From assembly GCA_938091905.1 (NCBI GenBank), contig CALKOM010000142.1, positions 1-18,015 on the forward strand: a stretch of 18,015 nucleotides of DNA. The letters are read 5' to 3'. The notes under the pieces were generated by a model. That model ran no database searches. It was given only the letters and a program-made list of their open reading frames with translations, and had not been told where the DNA came from. Source of the stretch: an uncultured Verrucomicrobiales bacterium (GTDB taxonomy: Bacteria > Verrucomicrobiota > Verrucomicrobiia > Verrucomicrobiales > DEV007). This document shows, piece by piece, positions 17,583-18,015 of the stretch. Each line of letters begins with the position of its first letter. Position 1 is the stretch's first letter. The translations under genes were made by a program, and so were the position numbers.

Positions 17583-17595
17583 TAACCCCTTGATT
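17583..17595 (-). promoter_or_regulatory. IHF binding site consensus next to the tRNA-Leu fragment
   Basis: Minus strand AATCAA-GGGG-TTA is an exact match to WATCAANNNNTTR, 18 nt from the tRNA fragment's 3' end. Confidence 0.65.
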
Positions 17596-17613
17596 TTAAG
17601 GGTTTTAAGTCAC

Positions 17614-17669
17614 TACCGGCGAAAGGACTCGAACCTTCACGGGGTTGCCCCCAGCGGATTTTGAATCCG
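17614..17669 (-). mobile_element. Truncated tRNA-Leu(CAA) 3' portion, att site
   Basis: Minus strand CGGA-TTCAAAA-TCCG (anticodon CAA), long variable arm GGGGGCAACCCC, T-arm GAAGG-TTCGAGT-CCTTT and acceptor strand CGCCGGT-A. The upstream sequence shows no D-arm or 5' acceptor strand. Confidence 0.88.
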
Positions 17670-17769
17670 AAGGAGGAGCTGATTAAACAGGTCTTCTTGC
17701 CTTTCTTTGACCGATCATTGACAAAACCGCTGGATCTTGCCCCTTTTTTGACCGAGTTATTGCAGCTAG

Positions 17770-18015
17770 ATGAAAGTAGATACGGCTGCGAAGAAGAGCA
17801 CCAAACGTAACGTCTTGAAGAAGACTATCGGTGCTGTTCAGGTCTCGCTGACAGAAATCCCCACGGGCTCCGCAGAGCGGAAGAAGACAAAATACGCTTA
17901 TTACGTTGAGGAGCGGGGCAAAGACTCAGAAGGCCGACCAAAGCGGAAACGCCGGTTCTTCTTGTATGCCCAGAAGTCTGAAGCCGAGGACTTCTTCAAA
18001 GAGCGTGTAAGCCAG
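17770..18015 (+). CDS. Probable tyrosine recombinase/integrase, N-terminal (arm-binding) part; runs off window
   Basis: Open frame of 82 codons from ATG 17770 with no stop: MKVDTAAKK...YAYYVEERGKDSEGRPKRKRRFFLYAQKSEAEDFFKERVSQ. The basic beta-beta-beta-alpha pattern resembles integrase arm-binding domains, and the ORF starts 100 nt from the tRNA-Leu fragment. Catalytic residues are not in the window. Confidence 0.65.
   Translation, partial: MKVDTAAKKSTKRNVLKKTIGAVQVSLTEIPTGSAERKKTKYAYYVEERGKDSEGRPKRKRRFFLYAQKSEAEDFFKERVSQ

Noticed and set aside
17352..17585. 77-aa ORF MEARAGIEPA...
   Set aside because: Begins in the antisense of a tRNA 3' end (a classic false ORF) and ends in the tandem repeat.
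17614..17700. Intact tRNA-Leu gene
   Set aside because: No D-arm or complementary 5' acceptor strand upstream of the anticodon stem; only the 3' portion is present.

Overview
Chromosomal window from a bacterium whose 16S sequence points to Verrucomicrobiota (probably Verrucomicrobiales). Left to right: a minus-strand 16S rRNA gene cut by the window edge, with its promoter and leader; a minus-strand run of mtnP, two tandem CE4/NodB polysaccharide deacetylases and a PhnA-type zinc protein; a heavily decayed ~1 kb gene; two small hypothetical genes; a plus-strand cluster of rpsN, an FmdB-type zinc ribbon, DUF971 and a pabB-like gene; a secreted Ig/PKD + Asp-box protein split by a frameshift at a G10 tract; rpoN, preceded by a -24/-12 motif and three palindromes; DUF480 (YceH-like); and an Mpv17/PMP22 membrane protein. 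From ~14.0 kb there is an accessory region with a frameshifted HNH-like gene, a damaged secreted TPR-repeat gene and a secreted hypothetical gene. It ends in two different tRNA 3' fragments (Cys-like and Leu-CAA), each flanked by an IHF-like site and paired direct repeats, followed by the start of a probable tyrosine integrase. I cannot support a complete novel system from this window. The best leads are the stacked two-tRNA att junction, the poly-G-switched surface protein and possible sigma-54 autoregulation. All family assignments come from motif recognition by eye, not from database searches.
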